Shown here one piece after another: positions 38,104 to 48,543 of a DNA stretch of 64,000 nucleotides. A model generated the notes under the pieces. That model ran no database searches. It was given only the letters and a program-made list of their open reading frames with translations, and had not been told where the DNA came from. Numbering within the stretch: the stretch's first letter is position 1; each line of letters starts with the position of its first letter. The DNA is from a virus, in IMG/VR virus record IMGVR_UViG_3300045988_034528; one strand, written 5' to 3'. Position numbers and translations under genes: made by a program.

Positions 38104-38912
38104 AATATCTCCACATCATATCCTAGTCTATTTAATTCTTTTATTTCATCATCAGTAATATCATCTACATCAAAATCTCCCTCTAGAACTCCCCCCTCTT
38201 TATAATATTTTTTACCATTTAGTATATAACCAGGTATTCCCCCACCATTAGCAAATGTATTACCAAAAGGAGACATTGTCCCTGTATATCTCATAGTTAA
38301 AGGGCCTCCATAAGCTGCGTAATTAGCATTTAACATTTCATTTGTTCTAATATTATCAACAGAATTTCTAACAGAAGATAAGTACCTTTCATTAGCAAAG
38401 TCTCTATCTCTATTTAAAGAGGCTGTTAAATTCTTTGCTTTATTTGAGAATAATCCATCCTTTCCTACTTGAGATTTACTTATATCTCCTAATAAGGAAA
38501 CATCACTATATTGGCTCAATAGACTATCATAATTATCTGCATTAAGAACAGTATTTGCCATTTGAGTATTTTGATTTCTAAAATTAGAGACTGCCTGTTC
38601 ATTTATTTGGCTTCCAAATAATCTATTTACTAATCCTCCTATTACATTAAGTCCTACTCCAGCTACAGCTCCCCAAGGACCAGGAATAGCACTAGCTATA
38701 GTACTTAATCCTTGTGTAACATTGCCTACTCCAGTGGAGAATCCTCCTGAAATACCTTGACCTGCCATAGAACTAGCAGCACCAATAGCACTATTAAGTA
38801 CCCCACTATTAAAGACATTGTCCATGTTCTTTCCAAAGCCAGCACCTTTTTGCCACGAGAATCCACCAACATCAAAATAGTTAGCTCTTCTCTTTCTTAT
38901 TTTCTTAGCCAT
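38100..38912 (-). CDS. Gly/Ser/Asn-rich virion protein, unknown function
   Basis: 270-aa ORF. First gene after a TAnnTTTG motif. Confidence 0.6.
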   Translation of the reverse strand: MAKKIRKRRANYFDVGGFSWQKGAGFGKNMDNVFNSGVLNSAIGAASSMAGQGISGGFSTGVGNVTQGLSTIASAIPGPWGAVAGVGLNVIGGLVNRLFGSQINEQAVSNFRNQNTQMANTVLNADNYDSLLSQYSDVSLLGDISKSQVGKDGLFSNKAKNLTASLNRDRDFANERYLSSVRNSVDNIRTNEMLNANYAAYGGPLTMRYTGTMSPFGNTFANGGGIPGYILNGKKYYKEGGVLEGDFDVDDITDDEIKELNRLGYDVEIL

Positions 38913-38932
38913 AATATAATTAATAATTTTTG

Positions 38933-38940
38933 CAAAGGTA
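38933..38940 (-). promoter_or_regulatory. Bacteroidota-type -7 promoter element (TAnnTTTG)
   Basis: Minus strand reads TACCTTTG, 20 nt upstream of the ATG at 38912, in a 115-nt intergenic gap. Confidence 0.45.
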
Positions 38941-39027
38941 ACAAATCATTTTTGAATATGAAATACTTATATAAAAAAAGTAGTAATAGACAAATTAAAT
39001 AACTTATCTATCACTACTCTTCTTTGT

Positions 39028-42000
39028 TTATGTATAGTAAGTAACTACTATATCATATAACCTTACTTCATTCTCACTATTACCAGACATTGTAATTTTA
39101 GCCCAAGGATTCCTTATTCTATCTCTTTTAAATTTATTAAAAAAAGTATTACTTCTACCAATTTGCCATCTCCAAGTTCTAAACTTTTTCTTTAGAGAAC
39201 TTGTAGTAGATATTGCTGTCTGATATTCATTTGTAGTAACTAATGAGTTAAATGGGTAACTGTCTGCTTTCCAATTAGTAAAATATTCTATACCATTAGT
39301 TCTAAACTCTATAGTATCAAACAACTTATCAGATTGAAATTCTGGATTAGCAATAATAGAAATAGAATAATTTTCTTTCTTATTAAAGAAGTTACTATAC
39401 TGATTTCCACTATGTAATTTCCATATATTACCTTTACATACTTGGTAACTATTTTCACCTAAAGTAAATAACCATTCTACATTAGGATATGAGTAAAATG
39501 AAGAGAATACTCCTAGCTGCTCATTAAATGCAAGTGCCTCTTTATTATTTGTAAAATATATATCACTGGTATTTTTATCATATAATACTCTGACAGAATC
39601 ATTAGCTAGATTCCATGAGAAGTGACTTATATTTTTATTTATCCAAGAATAAACTTGCTTTGTAGCAGATAAGTCTATAAAAGATTGTCCATTAAAATGT
39701 AAAATAGATTTGTTAATATCATCTATAAAGTAAATACCACTAGCTGTATTTACCATAGACCATTTATTAGAACATCCATAGAAATTAGAGATATAAGTTT
39801 TTCCTTGTACTTTGCCACTATTAGATATTTCAATAGGTACTCCATCTGAGGTATTTATTTGAACTCTATCATTAAAGTTCACTAATCCTACTGCACTTTT
39901 TTGAAAGAAGTATATATTATTATTGAATACTTTTAATGCACTTAAATCTCCATAATTTCCATCTAAAGATATACTATTAACAAGTTTAATATTAGTCCAA
40001 CTATCTATCTCTTCATTGTAAGATTTAGATAAAGAAAATGTAATACCTGTATTATATTTAGTAATATTATCTTTTAATACTACATTAGTTTTAGCAAAGA
40101 AATTATCTGTCTGACTATAAATATTATTGATAGAATTAAATTTAGAATAGTTCATAGTAGCACTATAATCTCCTCTAATATCAGTTCTACCATCTAAGTT
40201 TATTCTACTTTCTATAAAAGTTGAAGTAATATCTATTACTTGATTTTTATCTTCAGAAGAATAAGGAAAAGTACTCATACAATCCCATTTTTGAAAATAA
40301 GTATCTCCTCTATGTGCAATTATTGAGTTGTTATTTATATTTACAAATTCACTTATAGGAGTCCATTTAATATTACTCATAAGGGAATCATTATCTTTAT
40401 TTGTTAACTTTCCTCCATATTGTGTATTTCCTAAATCTCTTATAATATCACATTTATAGATACTTTTATCAGGTATTACAACATCTATAGGTATTTCTTC
40501 TATTGTATCTTTTACAGAGGTATACTCAAGTACAGGGGCTTTCTCTCCGAATTCATCCTCTATATTTTCTATAGTTTTAACAGTATAATATATATTATCT
40601 TTCTTACATAATAACATAAATGTAAATCCTATCTGTAATATATTAGGATCAGTCCCTGTAGTAGATATATCTACTACTCTAGATAAATAAGTTATTGTAT
40701 ATATATTTTTATCATCTTTATATGCGGTAGCTACTTCTTGTATTCCAAATTTACCATTAAAATAATTATAATCTCTAATGAAAAATCTATAACCTACATA
40801 TAATTTTTGCTTGTTAAATTCTTCCTCAGAAATTCTTCTTGGCAACTCTAATATAGAATTAATCAGTTTATCTACTATTAAATAGTAGTCAGAAGAAATT
40901 ATAGGAGTTAAATCTATTTTACCCTCAGGTATAATTTCCTTACTATTAGGTAATAATTTACCTAAATCAATTACTATATGGTCAGCTGTTTTATATTTAA
41001 TAGAAACAGGATCATTAGAATATATAGTTTCTCCATTATTAGTTACTTCTATCTCTTTCAGATTTTCTATAGAACCTATTAACCCATAGTCCTTATTTAT
41101 TTTAGTGCCAAATATAGGATATTTATCAGCATTTATATTAACAGTATTAATTACTCCTCTATAAGAGTATTTATCTGCAATCTTATAAAAGCCTTCATAA
41201 TTATTTATATGAGTCTTAAATGGTCTATCTTTAATATTAGAATTAAAATAGGTAGTATTAAAAGTATCTCTTACATTAACAAATACTTTTTTATCAAGAA
41301 TTGAATATTGACCTCCATATTTAGAGTCATCTATAGATTTATTATCTCCATTATTATCTGCATTTAAAGACCCATTTCTATGCCATATATAAACTCTAAA
41401 TGCCCAAGAATGATAAGGGTCTTGATCTACAGGGTCAGAATCTGGAGTAACATCATTCCATAATAAAGCACTTTTAAGTATACCTTTAATATCTCTATTT
41501 ATAAGACCTGTTTCTTTTGGATCTCTAAGGGAATTAGATGAAGTTATTATATAATCATTATATATATCAGATATAGCAGATGCTCCTATAAATTCTACAT
41601 TTATTAGTTGATTAGAATTTACAGTATTATATATATCTTCTATATCTGGAGAATACATAGTTACTATAGAACTATCTATATAATATCCATTATTATCTTT
41701 TAATTTATAAATAATATTTTCTAAAGGGTTTACACTTGCATTAACTTTTAATTCTCCCTTACTTTCAAGTTGCCCTTTTCTTTGCCATTCTTCCTTAGAA
41801 GGTAATTGTGTTATACCAAAACTTTTTAAATAATTACATGCTGCCTGGTAGCCTCCCTCGTCATTATTAAGTGATGTAAAAGTTTTAACTTTTTCATTTC
41901 CCTTTTGTACTTTATAATTATAAAATACTGTAAGATTATTTCTTACTGAGTCATACCAGTAATAAAAAGTAATATTTTGAGTTTCAGGCTTTACCTCTTC

Positions 42001-43497
42001 TAAGTTAACATAAATATCCTTCTCATCATAAGATGATTGTATTTCTTTATCAATAAAAGCTTTATTTTTATAAGAAGAATCTCTAAATAGCCAAGAAGGT
42101 TGAACATATAAATTCTTATTTATTCTTGATTTTTCTTCATAAACAGTTGGAGATACTATTCCTTGGCATAATCTAGTTCTATTTTCTACATCAGGATATA
42201 CATACATAAGCCTTGCTCTAGCAATACTATTATTTAAAACACTTACATTATTTAATTGTAAGTATGGTAAATATAATTTACTATCTAAATACATAGGATG
42301 CTTATTATTTATTATATCCTTTAAATATACAACATCACTTAATTTACCATCATTAAATTGAAATTGTATACCTATCCTATAATTTTCTCCATATTTAAAT
42401 GTAAGTAGATTATCTTGAGGCAAATCAAGGTTTCCTTTATAAGATGTATATGAAGACTCTTTAAGGGATTTTCCTTCTGTAGGAGATACAAACTCTAATT
42501 CTTCTTTTAATGTATTCTGTATACTTTCTCTCTCTGATTCAGATAGGGCATAATTATGATCTTCAATATTACCTAAGAATAAAGTACCATCTTTATTAAC
42601 TAAAGTACCTGCTATTATCTTATCTCCCCCAAGATATAATAGTAACATAGGGTCTATAGTATGTCCTATCTTACCATTATCTATAAAGGATATACTATCA
42701 TTCTGATTTTTAATATAAGTATCTGTTAATATTTTAACTACAGGGACTGCATCTAAAGAGGTCCTCATTATAGAATATATTCTTATATAATCATAAGAAT
42801 TATCAAAATTATTAATAGTTATATTAAAACTACAAGATACTCTAGCATCATTATCTATACCTTGCTTATAAGATATATAATTTAAACAAGAACAATTTAT
42901 TAAAGGGGTTTCATGTCCATGAAGGTTATAATAAGAGTATGCGTACTGTATTACACCAGCAGTAAATAATCCTCCTTCATAACCCTTAGTCACTTTTATA
43001 GTATCATTAAAAGTAATATTATTAGCAGTTATTTCAAACTTATATTTAGAATTCTGACCATTTTCAAAATCAACTAAGTTCATGCTTCTTACTTCATTCA
43101 GTCCATCTACCCAGTATATTTTTTTAACCTTATCAGATTCAATATTAACTATTCCTTCTATAGGATGTTCTAAGCTAAAGTTTAAATCTCCTTCATATAA
43201 CTTTTTAGATTTTAAGTTATTATTATCTATATATATTTTATATATATAATCTTTATTTCCTTTAGAGAATGCAACTATATAATCTTCAACATATATATAA
43301 CCTAATATAGTAGAATTGTCTAAATTTAAATTTACAAGAGAATTACCCTTTTCATTTGTAAGACATAATGAAGTATTATCTCCTGTAGTAACTATCCTCA
43401 TATTTCTAATCTCATATGCAGCATCATTAGGAAATTGACTAACTGCTAAATCTTGCTGCATACTTCTAGGTATTATAGATGCTTGTTTCTTTTGCAT
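39028..43497 (-). CDS. Large tail structural protein (muzzle / baseplate-like)
   Basis: 1489-aa beta-rich, Asn/Tyr/Ile-rich ORF downstream of connector-type genes. This is the position of the large tail protein in crAss-like phages. No enzymatic motif seen. Confidence 0.55.
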   Translation of the reverse strand: MQKKQASIIPRSMQQDLAVSQFPNDAAYEIRNMRIVTTGDNTSLCLTNEKGNSLVNLNLDNSTILGYIYVEDYIVAFSKGNKDYIYKIYIDNNNLKSKKLYEGDLNFSLEHPIEGIVNIESDKVKKIYWVDGLNEVRSMNLVDFENGQNSKYKFEITANNITFNDTIKVTKGYEGGLFTAGVIQYAYSYYNLHGHETPLINCSCLNYISYKQGIDNDARVSCSFNITINNFDNSYDYIRIYSIMRTSLDAVPVVKILTDTYIKNQNDSISFIDNGKIGHTIDPMLLLYLGGDKIIAGTLVNKDGTLFLGNIEDHNYALSESERESIQNTLKEELEFVSPTEGKSLKESSYTSYKGNLDLPQDNLLTFKYGENYRIGIQFQFNDGKLSDVVYLKDIINNKHPMYLDSKLYLPYLQLNNVSVLNNSIARARLMYVYPDVENRTRLCQGIVSPTVYEEKSRINKNLYVQPSWLFRDSSYKNKAFIDKEIQSSYDEKDIYVNLEEVKPETQNITFYYWYDSVRNNLTVFYNYKVQKGNEKVKTFTSLNNDEGGYQAACNYLKSFGITQLPSKEEWQRKGQLESKGELKVNASVNPLENIIYKLKDNNGYYIDSSIVTMYSPDIEDIYNTVNSNQLINVEFIGASAISDIYNDYIITSSNSLRDPKETGLINRDIKGILKSALLWNDVTPDSDPVDQDPYHSWAFRVYIWHRNGSLNADNNGDNKSIDDSKYGGQYSILDKKVFVNVRDTFNTTYFNSNIKDRPFKTHINNYEGFYKIADKYSYRGVINTVNINADKYPIFGTKINKDYGLIGSIENLKEIEVTNNGETIYSNDPVSIKYKTADHIVIDLGKLLPNSKEIIPEGKIDLTPIISSDYYLIVDKLINSILELPRRISEEEFNKQKLYVGYRFFIRDYNYFNGKFGIQEVATAYKDDKNIYTITYLSRVVDISTTGTDPNILQIGFTFMLLCKKDNIYYTVKTIENIEDEFGEKAPVLEYTSVKDTIEEIPIDVVIPDKSIYKCDIIRDLGNTQYGGKLTNKDNDSLMSNIKWTPISEFVNINNNSIIAHRGDTYFQKWDCMSTFPYSSEDKNQVIDITSTFIESRINLDGRTDIRGDYSATMNYSKFNSINNIYSQTDNFFAKTNVVLKDNITKYNTGITFSLSKSYNEEIDSWTNIKLVNSISLDGNYGDLSALKVFNNNIYFFQKSAVGLVNFNDRVQINTSDGVPIEISNSGKVQGKTYISNFYGCSNKWSMVNTASGIYFIDDINKSILHFNGQSFIDLSATKQVYSWINKNISHFSWNLANDSVRVLYDKNTSDIYFTNNKEALAFNEQLGVFSSFYSYPNVEWLFTLGENSYQVCKGNIWKLHSGNQYSNFFNKKENYSISIIANPEFQSDKLFDTIEFRTNGIEYFTNWKADSYPFNSLVTTNEYQTAISTTSSLKKKFRTWRWQIGRSNTFFNKFKRDRIRNPWAKITMSGNSENEVRLYDIVVTYYT

Positions 43498-43498
43498 A

Positions 43499-44197
43499 TT
43501 ACTGTACTTTTATATATTCTCTTCTTCCCAATGGTTTCATGCCTTTACTATGCTCATTATTTCTTTGCAATAACTGAGTCCACATATTACTGATGGATTC
43601 CATTTGGTCTATAGTAGGCATAGTTAAATCTCTTTGGGCTTGACCAACTGCCCACGCATATTCTTGCTGGGTGTTCTGCAAGACAGCAGGACTTATTTTA
43701 CCTTGGTCAAAAAGAATAGTAAATACTTTTTTCTTGATATAAAGTTCTAATGCTTGTATAAAGCTACTATTTTCAGGTATCATAGGATAACCTTCTTTAT
43801 CAACTTTAATTGCATGATAAGCTATCTCTATAGTACCCTCTTTAATAGAAATATAAATAATGCTATTTTGTAACTTATAGGTTAAATCCCAAGTATCTGA
43901 ATCTTCTTTCTTATGACTATGGTGGAAACTATCTGTAGTATATCTAAATACTCTAGGACAATACTCTCCCTCCTTATAAGTTCTTACCTGTATCATATCA
44001 TAGTAATCACAAGGTAAGCACCCTCTGTAATCCTTTATATCAATCAAGGCTGTCTTTTCTTCAAACTCATTAGGCACTCCTACAATCTGTAAAAAGTGTA
44101 CAGTATGATTTACTACCCTTTCAAAAGATAGGTCTTGCAGTAGAGGATGCTCTAACAAGTTATCTAGGATTTGTCTGATACTTATATACTTTACCAT
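43499..44197 (-). CDS. putative tail-barrel / adaptor protein
   Basis: 232-aa ORF 1 nt upstream of the large tail gene. Call is positional only. Confidence 0.4.
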   Translation of the reverse strand: MVKYISIRQILDNLLEHPLLQDLSFERVVNHTVHFLQIVGVPNEFEEKTALIDIKDYRGCLPCDYYDMIQVRTYKEGEYCPRVFRYTTDSFHHSHKKEDSDTWDLTYKLQNSIIYISIKEGTIEIAYHAIKVDKEGYPMIPENSSFIQALELYIKKKVFTILFDQGKISPAVLQNTQQEYAWAVGQAQRDLTMPTIDQMESISNMWTQLLQRNNEHSKGMKPLGRREYIKVQ

Positions 44198-44198
44198 A

Positions 44199-44726
44199 TT
44201 ATTCTTTATTTAATAGAAAGGCATCTATTCTGCCATCCTTAATATTCTTTTTAAGAGCTTTCTTTAGTTCTCTATTGGCATTAAATTGGTAGAAAGACTT
44301 ATTTGTATAGTCTGCCTTAGCCTTGTTATAATAAATTTTGAATATCTCTTTTTCCTCCATTTTAATGAGTGTTCTACTCTTATAGGCTTCCTCATCTTCA
44401 CACCATAATTTAAGAGTTTTATCCCAGTCTATAGGTAAATTAGTTTTAATTTTTCCATCATCAAAACTAAATTTAGCATTATACTTTCTCAATTCTATCT
44501 TACCCATTCTATGAGGTAATTTAATATCATTACCAATAGAAAGATTATAGGCAAGTTCATTATTTATCTTTCTAATTATACTATAAAACTCATGCTCAGT
44601 AAGTCTTTGACCTATATCAGCCCATTGTCTCTTTCTTAGGAATTTATAGACATCATAAACACCTAATGACTTAGTTACTTTATGAACTCTAGGCTCATTT
44701 AATTTAAGAAGTTCTTCTCTAGTCAT
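44199..44726 (-). CDS. possible IHF/HU-fold DNA-binding protein
   Basis: 175 aa. The segment INNELAYNLSIGNDIKLPHRMGKIELRKY resembles the HU/IHF arm region, and an IHF-like gene is conserved in crAss capsid modules. Weak. Confidence 0.35.
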   Translation of the reverse strand: MTREELLKLNEPRVHKVTKSLGVYDVYKFLRKRQWADIGQRLTEHEFYSIIRKINNELAYNLSIGNDIKLPHRMGKIELRKYNAKFSFDDGKIKTNLPIDWDKTLKLWCEDEEAYKSRTLIKMEEKEIFKIYYNKAKADYTNKSFYQFNANRELKKALKKNIKDGRIDAFLLNKE

Positions 44727-45448
44727 TAAGATTCAATTTGCTTCTGTAAGTTTGATTTAGCATTTCTTGCTATGTAGTTAGCTAGATTAGCTAAGTCATC
44801 CTTAGCATTATTCTCGTCATCTGCTTTGCTATATATAGCTCCTGAAAGTTCCTTAACTACTAGATTTATCAGAGATGGAATTATTGCATCTTCAAGAGGA
44901 AACTCTTTGTCAAGAATATCACAGCTCTCTGATTGTTCACACTCCAATTCTAAGGCTTTTTCTGCATCACTAAATACTCCAGTAAACTTTATTTCCTCCA
45001 AGTAGTAAAGTTGTGGATTTGAAGATTTCAAGTATAAATACCCATCAGGCCCTTTAGTAGCATAAATTATATTCTGTAGCCATTTATTGTGACCTACATA
45101 TCTCAGCCTATCTCTAGATACATAGGTTATCTCCCCATTGAAGTAGTCATCTGAATGTACCCTAGATTGTCCTATATTCATAGTCTCAGGTATCTTCTTA
45201 GTACTTCTCATATAGGTACCTTCACAAGGCAGTCCCTCTATTCCTTCATGCTCTTCTAGGTCTAAGCACAAAGTCTGATAGTTAGATAAAGGAATTTCCT
45301 TCCTTATATCAGAGTATCTTTGCTTTAAGAGAAATGCTCTATACTTACTCAGCAAGAATATAATATGGTCTTCAGTAAAAGATGAATCATCACTCATAAG
45401 TTTTAATTCATCTAATACTAAGTACACTAGTTGTCTATATGTTCTCAT
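44726..45448 (-). CDS. putative head-to-tail adaptor / tail tubular protein
   Basis: 240-aa ORF. First gene after the promoter-like motif at 45478-45485. TAATG-coupled to the next gene. Confidence 0.4.
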   Translation of the reverse strand: MRTYRQLVYLVLDELKLMSDDSSFTEDHIIFLLSKYRAFLLKQRYSDIRKEIPLSNYQTLCLDLEEHEGIEGLPCEGTYMRSTKKIPETMNIGQSRVHSDDYFNGEITYVSRDRLRYVGHNKWLQNIIYATKGPDGYLYLKSSNPQLYYLEEIKFTGVFSDAEKALELECEQSESCDILDKEFPLEDAIIPSLINLVVKELSGAIYSKADDENNAKDDLANLANYIARNAKSNLQKQIES

Positions 45449-45459
45449 ATTGATACATA

Positions 45460-45514
45460 TTAAAAAAGTTCTTGAGACAAAGATACTAAGAATTTATCAA
45501 TGTCACAAGAACTT
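45460..45514 (-). terminator. Hairpin (terminator-like) after the glycosyltransferase gene, overlapping a TAnnTTTG motif (45478-45485)
   Basis: Minus strand: AAGTTCTTGTGACA - 21-nt loop - TGTCTCAAGAACTT (one mismatch) then TTTTTTA. The loop/stem contains TATCTTTG, 29 nt upstream of the ATG at 45448. Confidence 0.4.
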
Positions 45515-45547
45515 TATTGTTTTAGTTATTGTTCTTACAAAGTTTTA

Positions 45548-47851
45548 TTAACAGAATACCTTAGCATTCAATTCAAGGAAATAGCTCATATCATGCTTTG
45601 CAACTTTAGTGAAGAAATACTTCTTAAAGCTAACTAACTTATTATAGTTTTGCATCAACATAGCTTTAGCATCATTAAATGCCACATCCCCAATTCTCTT
45701 TCTAAGATGTTCCTCATATACAGGAATCTTATCATCAGAAGAAAATAGATGAATTAAATACAACTGATTATGGTCTACCTGTGTACTAGTTACTACATAA
45801 TTACCTCCATTTCTATAAAGATGGCCTACTCCCCAATTCTTGATAAGAAGAACTTCACCTCCTGCAAGCCATGTTTTTATAGACATCAAAGGTTCATCTA
45901 GTCCATATTTTATAAGACCTGTAAGCCCTCCAATTTTAAACCACCATTCTACACTTGAAGCATAAACTGCACCAAGGACACAAGAAACAGGAATTACTTC
46001 TGCATTGGGATTTTGGTCTAGTAGCTCACCTGTCCATTTAGCTGTGTATTCCCATCCTGATTCTGTCATATTAACAGATGCTGCATAAGTACCAAAAGAG
46101 TGCCTTCCTTGAATACCATCTTCATTCAGATAGATATTATTTTCATCTTTACCAAAATAAATAGTATTAGAGGTTATCAATCTTTCTGGATTTTCCTTTA
46201 GAAGTTTAACTAACCTCTCATCCCAATTAGTTTCATAAAACCTCATATGAGCATCTAATAACACAAAGTATGGAGTAGTACAATGAAATACACCAAAGTT
46301 TCTAGAACCTGCTACACCAAGATTAGTCTTATTTCTATAATAATCACATCCAAATATTTCAGCTACTTTCTTGTAATTATATCCATCATTGCTATTATCA
46401 TCAATGAGCATAATCTTTACATCTTTGGCAGTTCCTCTTACAGAAGTAACAGTTTTTTCCACTTCATATCCCTCATTCTGAAAAGGAATAATTACAGTAA
46501 GTTGTGCAGTATCACTATTTTTCTTATTATAAGCATTGACTATACAATTACCTACTTCATTATAAGACATACCATGGTCATAATACTTTTCCATGTTTGT
46601 AGAACTCTGATTAGAATGCTGTCTATAATAAGTGACAATATTAGGAATATTATGTATTCTCTTATCATGAGTTAACATAGTATGCCATAGTTTAAAATCT
46701 TCATACCCATCATATATTTTTTCATACATAAAAGGTAAAGATTTTAAAGAACTTGTCTTCATCATTACTGTAGGATGGGCTATTGGATTATTACCTCCTC
46801 TAAACCATTCTAAAGGAATATCAATTTCATCATAAGTAAAATATTCCTTTTCCAATTTACCATTTCCCCATTCAAATCCAGCAGTAATCATGTCATACTC
46901 TGGATGTTCACACATGAACTTATATTGGACTTCAAGTCTATTTGGATACATCATATCATCAGCATCCATTCTAGCTATATAAAGACCAATAGCCCTTCTA
47001 ATACCTAAATTAAGAGCTTCTGATATACCATTATGCTCCTTTTTTATGTATACAACTCTATCGTCTGTATAAGATTTAATTATACTTTCTGTACTATCAG
47101 TGGAACCATCATCAACAATGATAAATTCAAAATCAGTAAAAGTCTGGGCAAGTACACTATCTATACATTCTCTAAGATATTTTTCTCCATTATATACAGG
47201 CATAACTACTGAAATCATCTTATAGTGACTAGTCATACCTAAGTGTATAGCATGAGTATCTTCAGTAGGATGAAATTCATCTACAGGATAGAAATACATT
47301 TTAGGATAAATAGTAATCCCATCAAACTTTTGTAATAGATTAACATCTGAACTAAAGTTATATAATTTCCTTACACTTGCTGTTGTATCATAGATATTAT
47401 TACATATATTAAGGGAACCATCTTTTTTAATATAATGCTTATTATTATACTCATCTAGCAATGACTTTATTACAGGATTATATTGTTCTGCTCCTATAAC
47501 ACCCCAGCCTATTTCACCAGGGTTTATCATTCCTACAAACATCTTGTTATCCAGGAATGAGTCTAGTGATTTAGTAACCATTTGGTCAGCATCTAAATAA
47601 ATACCTCCATAGTTATATAATGCCCATAATCTAACATAGTCTGCCATATAAGCATAGGACCCACATCCACACTCATAGCATTCTTTTACCCAAGGTACAG
47701 AATTAATATTAAAAGTATCTTCATTCCATACTTTAATTTCATAGTCTGGTAAAATATTTTTCCATGATTCAATACTCCTTTGAACTACTATTGGAAGAGG
47801 TTTATTTTTATCTTTACTAAACCAACAATAATGTATTATCTTAGGAATCAT
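45548..47851 (-). CDS. Three-domain glycosyltransferase (GT32-like + GT2 + GT27/ppGalNAc-T-like GT-A domain)
   Basis: aa 1-210: IPKIIHYCWF...GGIYLDAD. aa 212-330: VVMPVYNGEKYL...FIIVDDGSTD...RMDADD. aa 450-690: LTVIIPFQNE, LIDDNS, LLDAH (DxH, nt 46247-46255) and YGLDEPLMSIKTWLAGGEVLLIKNWGVGHLYR (Gal/GalNAc-T-motif-like). Confidence 0.8.
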   Translation of the reverse strand: MIPKIIHYCWFSKDKNKPLPIVVQRSIESWKNILPDYEIKVWNEDTFNINSVPWVKECYECGCGSYAYMADYVRLWALYNYGGIYLDADQMVTKSLDSFLDNKMFVGMINPGEIGWGVIGAEQYNPVIKSLLDEYNNKHYIKKDGSLNICNNIYDTTASVRKLYNFSSDVNLLQKFDGITIYPKMYFYPVDEFHPTEDTHAIHLGMTSHYKMISVVMPVYNGEKYLRECIDSVLAQTFTDFEFIIVDDGSTDSTESIIKSYTDDRVVYIKKEHNGISEALNLGIRRAIGLYIARMDADDMMYPNRLEVQYKFMCEHPEYDMITAGFEWGNGKLEKEYFTYDEIDIPLEWFRGGNNPIAHPTVMMKTSSLKSLPFMYEKIYDGYEDFKLWHTMLTHDKRIHNIPNIVTYYRQHSNQSSTNMEKYYDHGMSYNEVGNCIVNAYNKKNSDTAQLTVIIPFQNEGYEVEKTVTSVRGTAKDVKIMLIDDNSNDGYNYKKVAEIFGCDYYRNKTNLGVAGSRNFGVFHCTTPYFVLLDAHMRFYETNWDERLVKLLKENPERLITSNTIYFGKDENNIYLNEDGIQGRHSFGTYAASVNMTESGWEYTAKWTGELLDQNPNAEVIPVSCVLGAVYASSVEWWFKIGGLTGLIKYGLDEPLMSIKTWLAGGEVLLIKNWGVGHLYRNGGNYVVTSTQVDHNQLYLIHLFSSDDKIPVYEEHLRKRIGDVAFNDAKAMLMQNYNKLVSFKKYFFTKVAKHDMSYFLELNAKVFC

Positions 47852-47883
47852 ACAGGTAACTTTTTATTTTATGTAATAGTTAA

Positions 47884-48543
47884 TTATTCTGAGGGCATAG
47901 GTATACCTACTGGAAGATTTATATTAGGTGTTAGGCTTCTACTAAAGTTTATCATTTCTCCTGAAATATTAACTGAAATACCTGCATTTGATTCCAAATT
48001 AAGTATAACAGGTGCTGAGGTACTAGTAGTAGTTGTAGTTGTAGTTGTAGTAGTTGTAGTAGTTGTAGTAGTTGCACTAGCAGCAATAACTTCTACTGTA
48101 ATTGTAGACCCTGCTCTTGCTCCAGATTTAGTATATGGAAGAGAAACAACACTTCCATCAATTTTAACCTGTGATATTTTCCAGTCACTATCTGTCATAG
48201 TAGCAGTATTAAATCTAATGTCTAATTGACTTAATAGATTATCTACACTACCTACAGTAAGAGTCTTAGAGGTTCCTTCTTTAGGCACTGAAACAGTTCC
48301 AATAGAAGACCCAGTTACAATATAAGTACCTAATGAATTACCTTTAAAAATAATTGTAATAGGCTTTGGGAGATATTTAAAATATATTGATTCTTTTTCT
48401 CCCGCATTTACTTTAGTAACCAATGTTTTATCGGAACTATATAGACCTCCTGTTTTTCCTGCAAACATTCCTTTGTATTCTAGGTAGTCTGCTACACCAT
48501 TTTCATTACTAACCTTAATAGTAAGGATTCTACTTGTTGCCAT
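47884..48543 (-). CDS. beta-rich small protein with a 16-residue poly-Thr linker (candidate glycosylated virion decoration/fibre protein)
   Basis: 219-aa ORF containing AASA-T16-STSAP. Lies 32 nt upstream of the GT gene on the same strand. Confidence 0.65.
   Translation of the reverse strand: MATSRILTIKVSNENGVADYLEYKGMFAGKTGGLYSSDKTLVTKVNAGEKESIYFKYLPKPITIIFKGNSLGTYIVTGSSIGTVSVPKEGTSKTLTVGSVDNLLSQLDIRFNTATMTDSDWKISQVKIDGSVVSLPYTKSGARAGSTITVEVIAASATTTTTTTTTTTTTTTTSTSAPVILNLESNAGISVNISGEMINFSRSLTPNINLPVGIPMPSE
48025..48072 (-). repeat. Coding trinucleotide microsatellite: 16 consecutive Thr codons (ACT/ACA only)
   Basis: The + strand reads (AGT/TGT)x16. Nested AGTTGT and AGTAGTTGT periodicities are visible. 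Confidence 0.9.

Noticed and set aside
47780-48229. 149-aa + strand ORF containing a poly-Val run (V16)
   Set aside because: It is the antisense shadow of the poly-Thr tract (ACT/ACA read backwards gives GTx). It also overlaps the GT gene start and the 219-aa gene, and has no independent start context.
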